NCBI GenBank assembly: GCA_040904005.1
Contig: JBBDUH010000018.1
Location: 1-51,095 of the forward strand
Direction: 5' to 3'
DNA from: Minisyncoccota bacterium
GTDB lineage: Bacteria > Patescibacteriota > Minisyncoccia > Phycocordibacterales > SW-6-46-9
DNA length: 51,095 nt
Shown here one piece after another: positions 1 to 9,688 of the stretch. The position numbers were made by a program, and so were the translations under genes. The notes below the pieces were generated by a model. It had not been told where the DNA came from, ran no database searches, and saw only the letters and a program-made list of their open reading frames with translations. Position 1 is the stretch's first letter, and every line of letters begins with the position of its first letter.

Positions 1-1070
<1,070 letters not shown>

Positions 1071-1279
1071 GGACCACAATTCACAAATTAATTTCACCTA
1101 GTAACAAGCTAGGTGTAAGCTCACACATTTGTGCTTCTAGTTTTGCAATCCAGAAGTCTTAATATAAAAGTGTGCACTTATTGATTTGAGACTCGCCCTG
1201 CAGACGAGCATTCAAATCTGGGATTTAATGTTGGTTTGGCTACATCGTATTCGGTTTTCAAAGAACAAAAACTGGCATG

Positions 1280-1302
1280 AAAAAAGCCGCTCGAAAGCGG
1301 CT
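1280..1302 (-). terminator. Rho-independent terminator candidate upstream of the 23S gene
   Basis: On the - strand, stem-loop AGCCGCT-TTCG-AGCGGCT followed by TTTTTT. It sits between the small-gene cluster and the rRNA. Confidence 0.5.
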
Positions 1303-1403
1303 GGCAATCGCACTCCTAAGGAGCAGGGTTACCTTCGCTTTTTTCTACTAACTTTTATCATCCAATTCACAACAATGATTATACTCGATTGAGTTCTCGC
1401 GTC

Positions 1404-1540
1404 AAGGAAATAGCATCTCTTAATAAAGAGATAAATTAGCCATTGCATAAATGTATGCAATGGCAGCTATTTCCTTGTCTACCGTCGCGCCGTTCGGATA
1501 TGAATACAAGTGTTCATATCGCTCACTTTGCTCGGTAGTC
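1404..1540 (+). repeat. S-element copy 1: structured ~140-nt element (three-way junction plus two-stem tail)
   Basis: Outer stem AAGGAAATAGC/GCTATTTCCTT (1404-1414/1466-1476) encloses hairpins 1415-1432 and 1439-1464. Tail is CTACCG..GATATGAA-loop-TTCATATC..CGGTAG (1479-1538). The same architecture with different stem sequences is at 47594-47739. Confidence 0.6.
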
Positions 1541-1629
1541 AAGGGTCAGAAATCTCGCACTAATAAAAAACTGCCGGTCTGCGTAATTACAGATCCGACA
1601 GCTAAATTTTAGTGAATTTAATCTTTCTG

Positions 1630-1872
1630 TTACTTCGTCACTTCTATGGGAGCATGACGGTATTGAGATAAGCTGTTTGTAATTTCCGCCACAATAGGAC
1701 CATCTTCGGTGAAAAACCTCTTTTCTCCATTCACTACTTCTACAGTCATTAAGCAATAGTCAGGCTTACGATCTCGAGAATCCCCCTTTGTGTAATACTT
1801 TATCCGATATGTTCCGGAAGGGATTTTGCTTGCAACTATTTTTGAACCATCTTCATACATGTATTCTTCCAT
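1630..1872 (-). CDS. hypothetical small protein (80 aa)
   Basis: Track ORF 1630..1923 trimmed to the ATG at 1872, which follows the GGGAG SD of the shared leader. The upstream 17 codons (MVDITFKF..) are the conserved 5' leader read in frame. No family recognised. Confidence 0.5.
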   Translation of the reverse strand: MEEYMYEDGSKIVASKIPSGTYRIKYYTKGDSRDRKPDYCLMTVEVVNGEKRFFTEDGPIVAEITNSLSQYRHAPIEVTK

Positions 1873-1953
1873 TGTTCCTGGGCTCCCGCCCGTTTGTTTA
1901 AATTTAAATGTGATATCTACCATTATTTAAGCATTTTGTAGGTAGGTTGTCAA
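1873..1953 (-). promoter_or_regulatory. Shared promoter plus 5' leader cassette, copy 1
   Basis: TTGACA (1948-1953), 17-nt spacer ending TGc, TTAAAT, then leader GGTAGATATCACATTTAAATTTAAACAAACGGGCGGGAGCC. Exactly 81 nt from TTGACA to the ATG, as in copies 2 and 3. Confidence 0.6.
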
Positions 1954-2031
1954 TCTAAATTGCAGGCTTAGAAATACAAAAAAATACCGAACCTGACTTA
2001 TGCAGATTCGGTATGTTGATACCTTGAGACC

Positions 2032-2469
2032 TTAAACTTTCTCGCGAGAAATTGCTGTAAGTAGTGAGTTTGCTTTCGCTAGAACCCGGCACAACCGATG
2101 ATAGTCAAGTAGCTCTTTTGTGGCCTCTTCTTCTTGTTCGATAACTTTAGACAAAGAGAGAACAGCCTGACCAAGGTCTATAAGATTAGATCCTGAATCT
2201 CTTCTCACCATCCATAAAGAATTTTGGAACCACATGTAATCAATAAGAACGCGAGATACGTCTTGAGTCTCTCGTCTCGAAACTTCCGTAGTTGCATTTC
2301 TTAATTTCCGAAAAGAAACAGGGATATCGCTTTTTAGATAACTTGGATCTCCAAATAGATAATTATTATCCTCAGAAAATGGTCTGAGGTCTTGATTAAA
2401 GATCCTTCTCACTATGTCCATCTCTTCATCGGTAATTTTCAGATCTTCTTTCGTTTCTGTTGTTGTCAT
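2032..2469 (-). CDS. hypothetical protein (145 aa)
   Basis: ORF whose ATG sits directly behind the GGAGG of leader copy 2. No family recognised. Confidence 0.6.
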   Translation of the reverse strand: MTTTETKEDLKITDEEMDIVRRIFNQDLRPFSEDNNYLFGDPSYLKSDIPVSFRKLRNATTEVSRRETQDVSRVLIDYMWFQNSLWMVRRDSGSNLIDLGQAVLSLSKVIEQEEEATKELLDYHRLCRVLAKANSLLTAISREKV

Positions 2470-2550
2470 TTTCCCTAGGCCTCCGCCCGTTTATTTGAAT
2501 TAGAATGAAATATCTACCGTTATTTAAGCATTTTGTGGGTTGATTGTCAA
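2470..2550 (-). promoter_or_regulatory. Shared promoter plus 5' leader cassette, copy 2
   Basis: TTGACA (2545-2550), TGcTTAAAT, then leader GGTAGATATTTCATTCTAATTCAAATAAACGGGCGGAGGCC. 81 nt to the ATG. Here the leader is out of frame with the CDS, so it is non-coding. Confidence 0.6.
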
Positions 2551-2617
2551 CCCTTATGTAAGCAATAAAAAGCCAGCAAGGAATTAACCTCGCCGGCCAA
2601 ATTAGCACCGAATCAGT

Positions 2618-2806
2618 CTAACTTTTTTTATTTGGATCAGACCCATCTGGATAGGTAGGTATTTCTTTCCATTCATAGTCACCGCCAAACTGAATCCTCC
2701 CCCATAATGTTCCGTCATCACAGAGTGCAATTAAAAATCCGGCAGCATCTTGCGAATCAGTGTCCACGACTACTTGGATTATTTTGCGGTCCTTAATCTG
2801 TGTCAT
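2618..2806 (-). CDS. hypothetical small protein (62 aa)
   Basis: Track ORF 2618..2857 trimmed to the ATG at 2806 behind the leader GGAGG. The product (..ALCDDGTLWGRIQFGG..) resembles a single beta-propeller blade, but this is weak. Confidence 0.5.
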   Translation of the reverse strand: MTQIKDRKIIQVVVDTDSQDAAGFLIALCDDGTLWGRIQFGGDYEWKEIPTYPDGSDPNKKS

Positions 2807-2887
2807 TTGTCTTGGGCCTCCGCCCGTTTGTTCAAATTTAAATGTGATATCTACCATTATTTAAGCATTTCTTATATTATCTGTCAA
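2807..2887 (-). promoter_or_regulatory. Shared promoter plus 5' leader cassette, copy 3
   Basis: TTGACA (2882-2887), TGcTTAAAT, then leader GGTAGATATCACATTTAAATTTGAACAAACGGGCGGAGGCC. 81 nt to the ATG. Confidence 0.6.
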
Positions 2888-2912
2888 CCTTGTTAGAGTC
2901 GGATCATACCAG

Positions 2913-3042
2913 GCCTGTTAGACTTCCGAAGTCTAACAGTGGCTCATTCCGTCTGAGAAAAACATGTTTTTCTCAGACATAAATTCGCACGACCGTTCTT
3001 TTATCCCGTAAAAGCGGAATAAAAGATATCGGGTGCTCATTT
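2913..3042 (-). repeat. E-element copy 1
   Basis: The - strand reads AAATGAGCACCCGATATC, hairpin CTTTTATTCCGC..CGGGATAAAAG, core GAACGGTCGTGCGAATTTATGTC, hairpin TGAGAAAAACATGTTTTTCTCA, then hairpin 2915-2939. Confidence 0.7.
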
Positions 3043-3078
3043 AAAAACCCGCCGACCAGTTAATTCTGGTGGCGGGTT
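3043..3078 (-). terminator. Rho-independent terminator of the 126-aa gene
   Basis: The - strand has AACCCGCCACCAG-loop-CTGGTCGGCGGGTT followed by TTTTT. Confidence 0.7.
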
Positions 3079-3088
3079 AGTTGCAATA

Positions 3089-3469
3089 TCAAGAGTTTTG
3101 TTCAGCCCACAAAGTATCGACAGATGTAAACTGTCGCACACGGAAAATTCTCCCGTAAATAACGAGAAACTCTTTTGCGTTACTGAGACTTTCTCCTAAT
3201 CCTTCAGCAAGAGCCGCAAGTGTGGCTTTATAGATTGGCATTTCAACTGCCTCTTCAAGCTCCGCAATACTGTGCGTTCGAGCAGTTTTTAATAAGGATT
3301 TTATATCTGTCTTTTGTGTAACAGATAGTTTTTTATTATAAATCTCCAAAAAACATGGATCCATTTTCGTGGCAAAGTCCTCTATCGCTGCCACAAAGGG
3401 TAGTTCTAATTTTTTTGCTTCTTTGTATCCGTTACCAGTTAGAGTTTGAGTTCCATTCTTTTTATTCAT
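3089..3469 (-). CDS. hypothetical protein (126 aa)
   Basis: ORF with GGAGG SD (GACGGAGGTCTGAAACTAAATG). It has its own promoter region, unlike the three cassette genes. No family recognised. Confidence 0.6.
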   Translation of the reverse strand: MNKKNGTQTLTGNGYKEAKKLELPFVAAIEDFATKMDPCFLEIYNKKLSVTQKTDIKSLLKTARTHSIAELEEAVEMPIYKATLAALAEGLGESLSNAKEFLVIYGRIFRVRQFTSVDTLWAEQNS

Positions 3470-3630
3470 TTAGTTTCAGACCTCCGTCTGAGTTTTGTTA
3501 ATTGTTTAAGGTGCGTACCCGAGACAGTTAAACATACTGGAAACAAAAAGCAACAACTAACCATGCGACTGATTAAGAAGATGGCTTTTGCGTTATAATC
3601 AGACAGCATTAAACGCTACACAATACTTTT

Positions 3631-4866
3631 ATGTCTGAAAACCAAGCAGTCCAAACCCGACTCGATAATCTCATCAGCAGTACCGATATCACCGAGGCAG
3701 ATGTAAGCTCGCTGAGGTCTCCACGCCGCAGCGTTAGCCTATCTATTCCGATGACACTGGAAAGCGGCGAGCAAAAGATCTTCCGCGGCTGGCGCATCCA
3801 GTACGATGATACGCTTGGACCAACCAAGGGAGGGCTCCGCTACCACGAAAGCGTTACCGAGGAAGAGGTTACTGAGCTAGCCTTTCTGATGACCATCAAG
3901 TGTGCGTTGGTGAGCATCCCCTTCGGCGGCGGGAAGGGTGGGCTGAAGCTTAACCCTAAGGAGCTGTCACTAGCAGATTTAGAAGCTATTAGCCGCGCCT
4001 TTGGTAGGACTTTAACGCCAGTTATTGGCCCTGAGCGTGACATTCCGGCCCCCGATGTAAACACAACACCCGAGATAATGAGCTGGATCCGCACCGAGTA
4101 CGAGAAGCGTTTCAAGGTTTCTGCTCCGGCCGTGATCACCGGCAAGCCAGAGAGCGAAGGTGGATGTAGCGGCCGCTCCAGTGCCACTGGTCGCGGGACT
4201 TTCTTTGTCATTGAGAAGTTACGTAGCGACTGCGTTTTAAAAAGTAGTGAAGCAGGAGATATATCCGTGGTTATCCAGGGCTTTGGCAACGCCGGCCGAC
4301 ACCTGGCTGAATTTCTCCACGAGGCCGGTTACCCGATTGTCGCCGTTAGCGACTCCCGTGGTGGTATCTATAATCCTGATGGACTTGATATTGAAAAACT
4401 AGCCGCGCACAAAGATTCAGGTCAGCCCGTCGGTGAATTTTCTGCGGGCAAGCAGGTTTCCAATAATGAACTACTAGCCCTACCAGCAACTATTTTTGTA
4501 CCCGCTGCCCTCGGCGATGCCATCACAGCAGAGAACGCAGATTCTCTAAGAGCTGAGATTGTCGTCGAGGTAGCCAATGCTGGCGTTAGTAGCGAAGCGG
4601 AAGAAAAGCTTCTCTCTCGCGGCATCCAGATTATCCCTGACATTCTAGCAAACGCCGGTGGCGTGGTCGGATCATACTTTGAGTGGTACCAGAATATGCA
4701 CAATAAAACCTGGAGCGAAGCAGACTTTGACAAGAAACTCAGTGAACACCAGATAAACGCCTGGGAAAACGTACGCAAAGAAGTAGAACAGCAAAATATT
4801 TCATATCGAAGAGCAGCTTACTATGTAGCCGTTCGGCGAATAATTGAAGCAAGGACAGATAACTAG
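3631..4866 (+). CDS. gdhA: Glu/Leu/Phe/Val-family glutamate dehydrogenase
   Basis: 411 aa with the GDH signatures KGGLRYH and FGGGKGG, plus Rossmann motif GFGNAG. Confidence 0.9.
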   Translation: MSENQAVQTRLDNLISSTDITEADVSSLRSPRRSVSLSIPMTLESGEQKIFRGWRIQYDDTLGPTKGGLRYHESVTEEEVTELAFLMTIKCALVSIPFGGGKGGLKLNPKELSLADLEAISRAFGRTLTPVIGPERDIPAPDVNTTPEIMSWIRTEYEKRFKVSAPAVITGKPESEGGCSGRSSATGRGTFFVIEKLRSDCVLKSSEAGDISVVIQGFGNAGRHLAEFLHEAGYPIVAVSDSRGGIYNPDGLDIEKLAAHKDSGQPVGEFSAGKQVSNNELLALPATIFVPAALGDAITAENADSLRAEIVVEVANAGVSSEAEEKLLSRGIQIIPDILANAGGVVGSYFEWYQNMHNKTWSEADFDKKLSEHQINAWENVRKEVEQQNISYRRAAYYVAVRRIIEARTDN

Positions 4867-4874
4867 TAAGTAAA

Positions 4875-4912
4875 TAAAAAAACCGGTACAAGCATAAATA
4901 TGCTTACACCGG
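4875..4912. terminator. Hairpin between convergent gdh and a small - strand ORF
   Basis: CCGGTACAAGCAT-AAAT-ATGCTTACACCGG (2-nt internal mismatch). The T-run follows only on the - strand. Confidence 0.45.
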
Positions 4913-4938
4913 AATAAAGAGTGTTGATGGAGAGTTTT

Positions 4939-5118
4939 TTAAGACTTTGGGAAATGTCTTTCGGCCTTACATGGGTCTTCGTAAGGAGAAGGTGTGTTGG
5001 CTGGATCAATATTGTGAAGCCTGCTTTCTTGGTCTCCTGTAAAAGAGCGAAATGCTAGCGCTTTTTTCTGGTTCTGTAGTTCTGGTTCATTCGATAGATT
5101 ATTATCTTGTTCTGGCAT
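4939..5118 (-). CDS. hypothetical small protein (59 aa, below track cutoff)
   Basis: Hand-translated as MPEQDNNLSNEPELQNQKK..ERHFPKS. GAGGT lies 4 nt before the ATG and the hairpin at 4875-4912 follows. No homology recognised. Confidence 0.3.
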   Translation of the reverse strand: MPEQDNNLSNEPELQNQKKALAFRSFTGDQESRLHNIDPANTPSPYEDPCKAERHFPKS

Positions 5119-5243
5119 GATGACCTCATTATTTTGAGATTACGGTTGGTTTTTTGATTCGTCTGTAAAGAGCAAGTATGCAGATGAGTATAACAAAATC
5201 GCGGCGCTTATAAAAGTCCGGCGATTTTGGATATTAGAAATTC

Positions 5244-7394
5244 CTATGCCTGCGCCTTGATCTCTTCCGCTATGTTTGCTGGTACCACCTCGTAGTGATC
5301 AAACTCCATTGTAGAAGTAGCTCGACCCTCAGTCAGTGAACGGAGTTCGTTAGTATAGCCAAACATCTCAGAAAGCGGCACCATGGCTCGCACAACCTTG
5401 TTCATACCACGATCCTCCATACCCTTAATCTGCGCTCGCTTTCCAGAGAGATTTCCATTCACATCACCCATAAAGTCTTCTGGGGTAGTTACCTCAATCT
5501 TCATCATCGGCTCAAGGATAACCGGCCGAGCGCGCTGCACAGCATCCTGGAAGGCCTTGGAACCAGCAATCTTGAAGGCGGCCTCAGAGGAGTCAACATC
5601 ATGAGAGCTACCATCGTAAAGATCACAGGAAATATTTACCATTGGATAGCCGGCAATAACACCACGATCCATAGCTTCCTTTACTCCAACCTTTACTGAC
5701 GGAATAAACTCACGCGGAATGACACCGCCCTTAATATTATTAATAAACTCAAAGTTTTCTTCACGATCAACGTTCTTTGCTACATCATCTTCATCGACAT
5801 CCATGTCCATTGGCTTAATACGGATGTTGACGTGACCGTACTGACCACGACCACCAGACTGCTTAACATACTTACACTCAGCATCGGCCTCACCCTGAAT
5901 CGTCTCGCGGTAAGCAACGCGCGGTTGACCAACATTGGCTTCCACAGAGAACTCACGCTTCATTCGTTCCACAAGAATATTTAGGTGTAGCTCACCCATT
6001 CCGGAGATGATAGTTTCGCCAGTTTCCTGATCGGTATTAATTCGGAAGGTTGGATCTTCATCCGAAAGATTCTTGAGTGCCATACCCATCTTCTCCTGAT
6101 CGGCATTTGTCTTCGGCTCAATCTTCAGTGACACCACCGGTTCAGGGAAGTCAATTTTAGCCAATTCAATTGGGTGGTCTAGATCAGTTAAAGTATCAGA
6201 GGTTGTGGTGTTTTTGAGGCCTACAAAGGCGGCAATCTCCCCCGCATGAACCTTATCTACCTCTTCACGCTTGTTGGCGTGCAGACGGACAATTCGTCCC
6301 ACTCGCTCCTTCTCCCCCTTGGAAACGTTGTAAACATAAGATCCGGCATCAAGTGTTCCGGAGTAGACACGCACAAAGGTCAGCTGCCCAATGTACGGGT
6401 CGCTCTGAAGCTTAAAGGCAAGAGCGGCAAACGGAGCGTTTTCATCAGCTGGGCACTCCTCCTCCTCACCCGTATTAGTATTAATACCAGTCATCGGCTT
6501 TACATCGAGTGGGCTTGGCAGATAGTCAACCACGGCATCGAGCAGTAACTGAGCTCCCTTATTCTTCAAGGCAGAACCACCAAAAACAGGAACAACTTTG
6601 TTGTTTATAACAGCTTTTCGCAAAGCAGACTTAAGGTCCGCAGTCGATATTTTTTCGTCCGAAAGATAGGCATCCATCAGTTCTGGGTCTGTTTCAACAA
6701 TTGCCTCGATAAGCTCGTGGCGAGCTGCCTCAGCCTTATCTTTAAACTCATCCGGCATCTCCTTTTCCACCACCTCGTTGCCCATCTCCCCTTCAAAGTA
6801 GTAGGCCTTCATTTTGAGGAGATCGATAACACCTTCATGCATTTCCTCCTCACCAATCATGATCTGGGCACGAACAGCATTCGGAGTTAAGCGGTCGAGG
6901 ATAGTCTCGAAGGCGCGCTCATAGTCAGCACCGGTACGATCCATCTTGTTGATAAAGCAGATGCGCGGCACATTATACTTGTCAGCCTGACGCCACACTG
7001 TTTCACTCTGTGGTTCTACACCAGCAACACCCTCGAAGACAACAACAGCGCCGTCAAGCACTTTCAATGATCGCTCTACCTCGGCGGTAAAGTCGACGTG
7101 GCCCGGCGTGTCAATGATATTAATACGGCGTTCATGCGCATCATCAGCATCTTTGTCTTCATAAGTTGGAATCCAGAAACAGGTTGTGGCTGCTGAGGTA
7201 ATGGTGATACCTCGCTCCTGCTCCTGCTCCATCCAGTCCATCGTTGCTGCTCCGTCATGCACCTCACCCATTTTGTGAGAAATCCCAGTATAAAAAAGGA
7301 GCCGCTCGGTCATGGTAGTTTTACCCGCATCGATGTGAGCGATGATTCCGATATTTCTTACATCTTTTAATGGATAGTCGCGGTCTGAGGCCAT
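5244..7394 (-). CDS. fusA: elongation factor G
   Basis: 716 aa with the G-domain motifs [17 protein letters not shown] and NKMD, and a typical EF-G C-terminus. Lies downstream of rpsG. Confidence 0.97.
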   Translation of the reverse strand: MASDRDYPLKDVRNIGIIAHIDAGKTTMTERLLFYTGISHKMGEVHDGAATMDWMEQEQERGITITSAATTCFWIPTYEDKDADDAHERRINIIDTPGHVDFTAEVERSLKVLDGAVVVFEGVAGVEPQSETVWRQADKYNVPRICFINKMDRTGADYERAFETILDRLTPNAVRAQIMIGEEEMHEGVIDLLKMKAYYFEGEMGNEVVEKEMPDEFKDKAEAARHELIEAIVETDPELMDAYLSDEKISTADLKSALRKAVINNKVVPVFGGSALKNKGAQLLLDAVVDYLPSPLDVKPMTGINTNTGEEEECPADENAPFAALAFKLQSDPYIGQLTFVRVYSGTLDAGSYVYNVSKGEKERVGRIVRLHANKREEVDKVHAGEIAAFVGLKNTTTSDTLTDLDHPIELAKIDFPEPVVSLKIEPKTNADQEKMGMALKNLSDEDPTFRINTDQETGETIISGMGELHLNILVERMKREFSVEANVGQPRVAYRETIQGEADAECKYVKQSGGRGQYGHVNIRIKPMDMDVDEDDVAKNVDREENFEFINNIKGGVIPREFIPSVKVGVKEAMDRGVIAGYPMVNISCDLYDGSSHDVDSSEAAFKIAGSKAFQDAVQRARPVILEPMMKIEVTTPEDFMGDVNGNLSGKRAQIKGMEDRGMNKVVRAMVPLSEMFGYTNELRSLTEGRATSTMEFDHYEVVPANIAEEIKAQA

Positions 7395-7475
7395 AGTGAT
7401 TAGTTTATTGATTAAATTAATAAAAATTATTTACCCGATTAATACTTACGAGTAAATAATTTATCTACATTTAAA

Positions 7476-7946
7476 TTACCGGGCAAAGTGAGCGAATGCT
7501 TTGTTGGCATCAGCCTGCTTGTGCGCATTCTCACGCTTCTTCACTGCCTCACCTTCACCAGCAGCTGCGGCCATGAGTTCACGCGCAAGAGCATTCGCAA
7601 TCGGCTCACCCTTCTGATTTGAAAGAGTGGCCTCCTTGATCCAGCGAAGTGCTAGCTGTAGGCGACGCTTTTGGTCCACCTCGTAAGGTACCTGGTAGTT
7701 AGCACCTCCAACCCGCTTTCCGCGTACCTCCATCTTTGGACCAACATTCTCTATCGCTGCCTCAAATACATCAATCGGATCCTGCTCCTTCTTGCCCGCA
7801 ATTATCTCCATAGCATCATAGACAACCTTGCGAGCTACGGCCTTCTTTCCATCCTCCATGATGTAGTTAATAAACTTCGCGATCTCCTGCGAGTCGTACT
7901 TATGGTCTGGAGTGATCGGATGTCGTTGTGTGATTGGGAATTGCAT
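7476..7946 (-). CDS. rpsG: 30S ribosomal protein S7
   Basis: 156 aa with S7 hallmarks (..GKKAVARKVVYDA.., ..MEVRGKRVGGANYQVP..). Occupies the str-operon position. Confidence 0.95.
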   Translation of the reverse strand: MQFPITQRHPITPDHKYDSQEIAKFINYIMEDGKKAVARKVVYDAMEIIAGKKEQDPIDVFEAAIENVGPKMEVRGKRVGGANYQVPYEVDQKRRLQLALRWIKEATLSNQKGEPIANALARELMAAAAGEGEAVKKRENAHKQADANKAFAHFAR

Positions 7947-7951
7947 AAAAA

Positions 7952-8359
7952 TTAGCTTTCTTTTTTAGTACCGTAGCGTGAACGAGAGTTCTTCTTACCT
8001 TCAACACCCTGTGCATCGAGTACACCACGAACAACAGTGTAGCGGACACCAATGTCCTTAACACGACCGCCGCGAATAAGTACCACGGAGTGCTCCTGCA
8101 GGCTGTGGCCCTCACCCGGAACGTAGGCGGTGATCTCCTGCCCGTTAGTAAGACGAACCCGAACAATCTTTCGGATCGCAGAGTTCGGCTTCTTTGGTGT
8201 TGCTGTCGTCACCTTCGTGATCACTCCACGCTTGAATGGCGACGGATAGTATGACGGTCGGTTCTTGAGTGTATTAAAACCATGTCCGAGGGCGACTGAT
8301 TTTGATTTCCTCTTTGATTGTTTGCGTCCCTTACGGACAAGTTGGTTGATTGTTGGCAT
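7952..8359 (-). CDS. rpsL: 30S ribosomal protein S12
   Basis: 135 aa starting [12 protein letters not shown].., with PKKPNSA.RK. Confidence 0.95.
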   Translation of the reverse strand: MPTINQLVRKGRKQSKRKSKSVALGHGFNTLKNRPSYYPSPFKRGVITKVTTATPKKPNSAIRKIVRVRLTNGQEITAYVPGEGHSLQEHSVVLIRGGRVKDIGVRYTVVRGVLDAQGVEGKKNSRSRYGTKKES

Positions 8360-8426
8360 AATTTTAGCTCTTTAGCTGCTGACTTCACGCTACTAGATCT
8401 AAATGGAGCGTTCTGCAACGCGCTTT

Positions 8427-8454
8427 AGTATACGTAACTCAACAGAAAATGCAA
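8427..8454 (-). promoter_or_regulatory. Candidate sigma70-type promoter of rpsL-rpsG-fusA
   Basis: The - strand has TTGCAT (8449-8454), a 16-nt spacer and TATACT (8427-8432). Confidence 0.45.
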
Positions 8455-8464
8455 TAGTTTTTCT

Positions 8465-9091
8465 TTAGAACGACAGCGGCCCCGTCGTCCCCACAATAAG
8501 CATAAACAACCAGCTAATTATTGGCTGGATAAGCTCGATGGCGAAAAAAATAAAGAAAAGTAGAATCATAAACCCCCAACGCTCAAGGCTGGCCTGGATG
8601 TGAGCAAACTTAGCAGGCAGGAAGTCAAAGAGGATTTTCGAACCATCCAGCGGTGGGATCGGCACAAGATTAAAGATCATCAAAACAATATTTATAAGGA
8701 TAACCCCAACCAAGAAGGTGCCAAAGGCACTTCCGACAGCAATCGGTGCCAGTCGGAGTACCAGCCCGGCAATGATCGCCAAGAGAAGATTGGAGGCCGG
8801 CCCCGCTGCGGCCACAAGCGCATTCCCGTAGCGGTTGGAGATGTTGTGCGGGTTATAAGGAACCGGCTTGGCCCAGCCAAAGATCACTCCTGTACCCGAG
8901 AGTGCCAACAGTGCCGGCACAACAATGGATCCAACGATGTCGAGATGTGGCAACGGGTTCATTGTCAATCGTCCTTGCAGCCGTGCTGTTGGGTCGCCGA
9001 GATAATTTGCCATGTAGCCATGAGCCACCTCATGAATCACGACCGAGATGACTAGAATGGCGATAAATACGATTGTGGTGGTGATGGTCAT
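8465..9091 (-). CDS. M50-family (site-2 protease-like) membrane metalloprotease
   Basis: 208 aa and polytopic, with HEVAHG and NLVPIPPLDG motifs. Confidence 0.85.
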   Translation of the reverse strand: MTITTTIVFIAILVISVVIHEVAHGYMANYLGDPTARLQGRLTMNPLPHLDIVGSIVVPALLALSGTGVIFGWAKPVPYNPHNISNRYGNALVAAAGPASNLLLAIIAGLVLRLAPIAVGSAFGTFLVGVILINIVLMIFNLVPIPPLDGSKILFDFLPAKFAHIQASLERWGFMILLFFIFFAIELIQPIISWLFMLIVGTTGPLSF

Positions 9092-9288
9092 GTATTAGTA
9101 GATTAGGAAGTTAAGTTACTAGGATACTAGATACCTAGAAGCCTGTGCTTGCTGTTGCAATTAATCGTCGCTATGGTAGCATAACCATCACAATACATAT
9201 AATGTATAGCTTGTAACGTATTAAAGTTATCGCAGTAGAGGTGACCGAGAGATGCTACACGCTTTGCGTTAAAAGCTACATAATCATT

Positions 9289-9531
9289 ATGGCTAACACG
9301 TGCCCAATTACAAACAAAAGCACCAATACCGCCGGTGGATACTCCAACCGGACGCGTGCTACCCAGTTCAACCCAACCGGCAAGCGTTATCAGAAAGTGA
9401 ACCTACAGAAGAAGAAGATTTATGTTCCAGAGCTGGATCAGTACATCCCTTTAAGGGTTTCCACTAAGGGGCTAAAGATCATCCAGAAAAAAGGTGCCTA
9501 CCGTGCACTCAAGGATGCTGGGATTATTTAG
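9289..9531 (+). CDS. rpmB: 50S ribosomal protein L28
   Basis: The track ORF starts at GTG 9241. It is trimmed to ATG 9289 (MANTCPITNK..RVSTKGLKIIQKKG), which aligns with the L28 N-terminus. Confidence 0.85.
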   Translation: MANTCPITNKSTNTAGGYSNRTRATQFNPTGKRYQKVNLQKKKIYVPELDQYIPLRVSTKGLKIIQKKGAYRALKDAGII

Positions 9532-9564
9532 AGGGTTCTAGGAAGCGTGGATTTAGGATATTAG

Positions 9565-9593
9565 AAAAACCGCCGTTTGGCGGTTTTTGTTTA
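9565..9593 (+). terminator. Rho-independent terminator after rpmB
   Basis: ACCGCC-GTTT-GGCGGT followed by TTTTTGTTT. An A-run upstream makes it bidirectional. Confidence 0.85.
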
Positions 9594-9622
9594 TCCCGCA
9601 CTTTTTCTAAAATAAGCATCTA

Positions 9623-9651
9623 TTTTGTGCAACACTCAGTGTTGCACAAAA
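9623..9651. repeat. GTGCAACA palindrome, copy 1
   Basis: TTTTGTGCAACAC-TCA-GTGTTGCACAAAA followed by AGAGTACAA. A near-identical copy is at 15934-15954. Confidence 0.6.
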
Positions 9652-9688
9652 AGAGTACAAATATAGAAATGTGGCAAGATGTAAGTTT

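Noticed and set aside
1873-1923. Shared N-terminus MVDITFKF(K/E)QTGG on ORFs 1630..1923 and 2618..2857, which looks like a small paralogous protein family
   Set aside because: The same nucleotide block precedes the 145-aa gene out of frame and contains the promoter -10 region and the SD. The conservation is therefore a 5' leader, not a peptide. The starts were moved to the ATG behind the SD.
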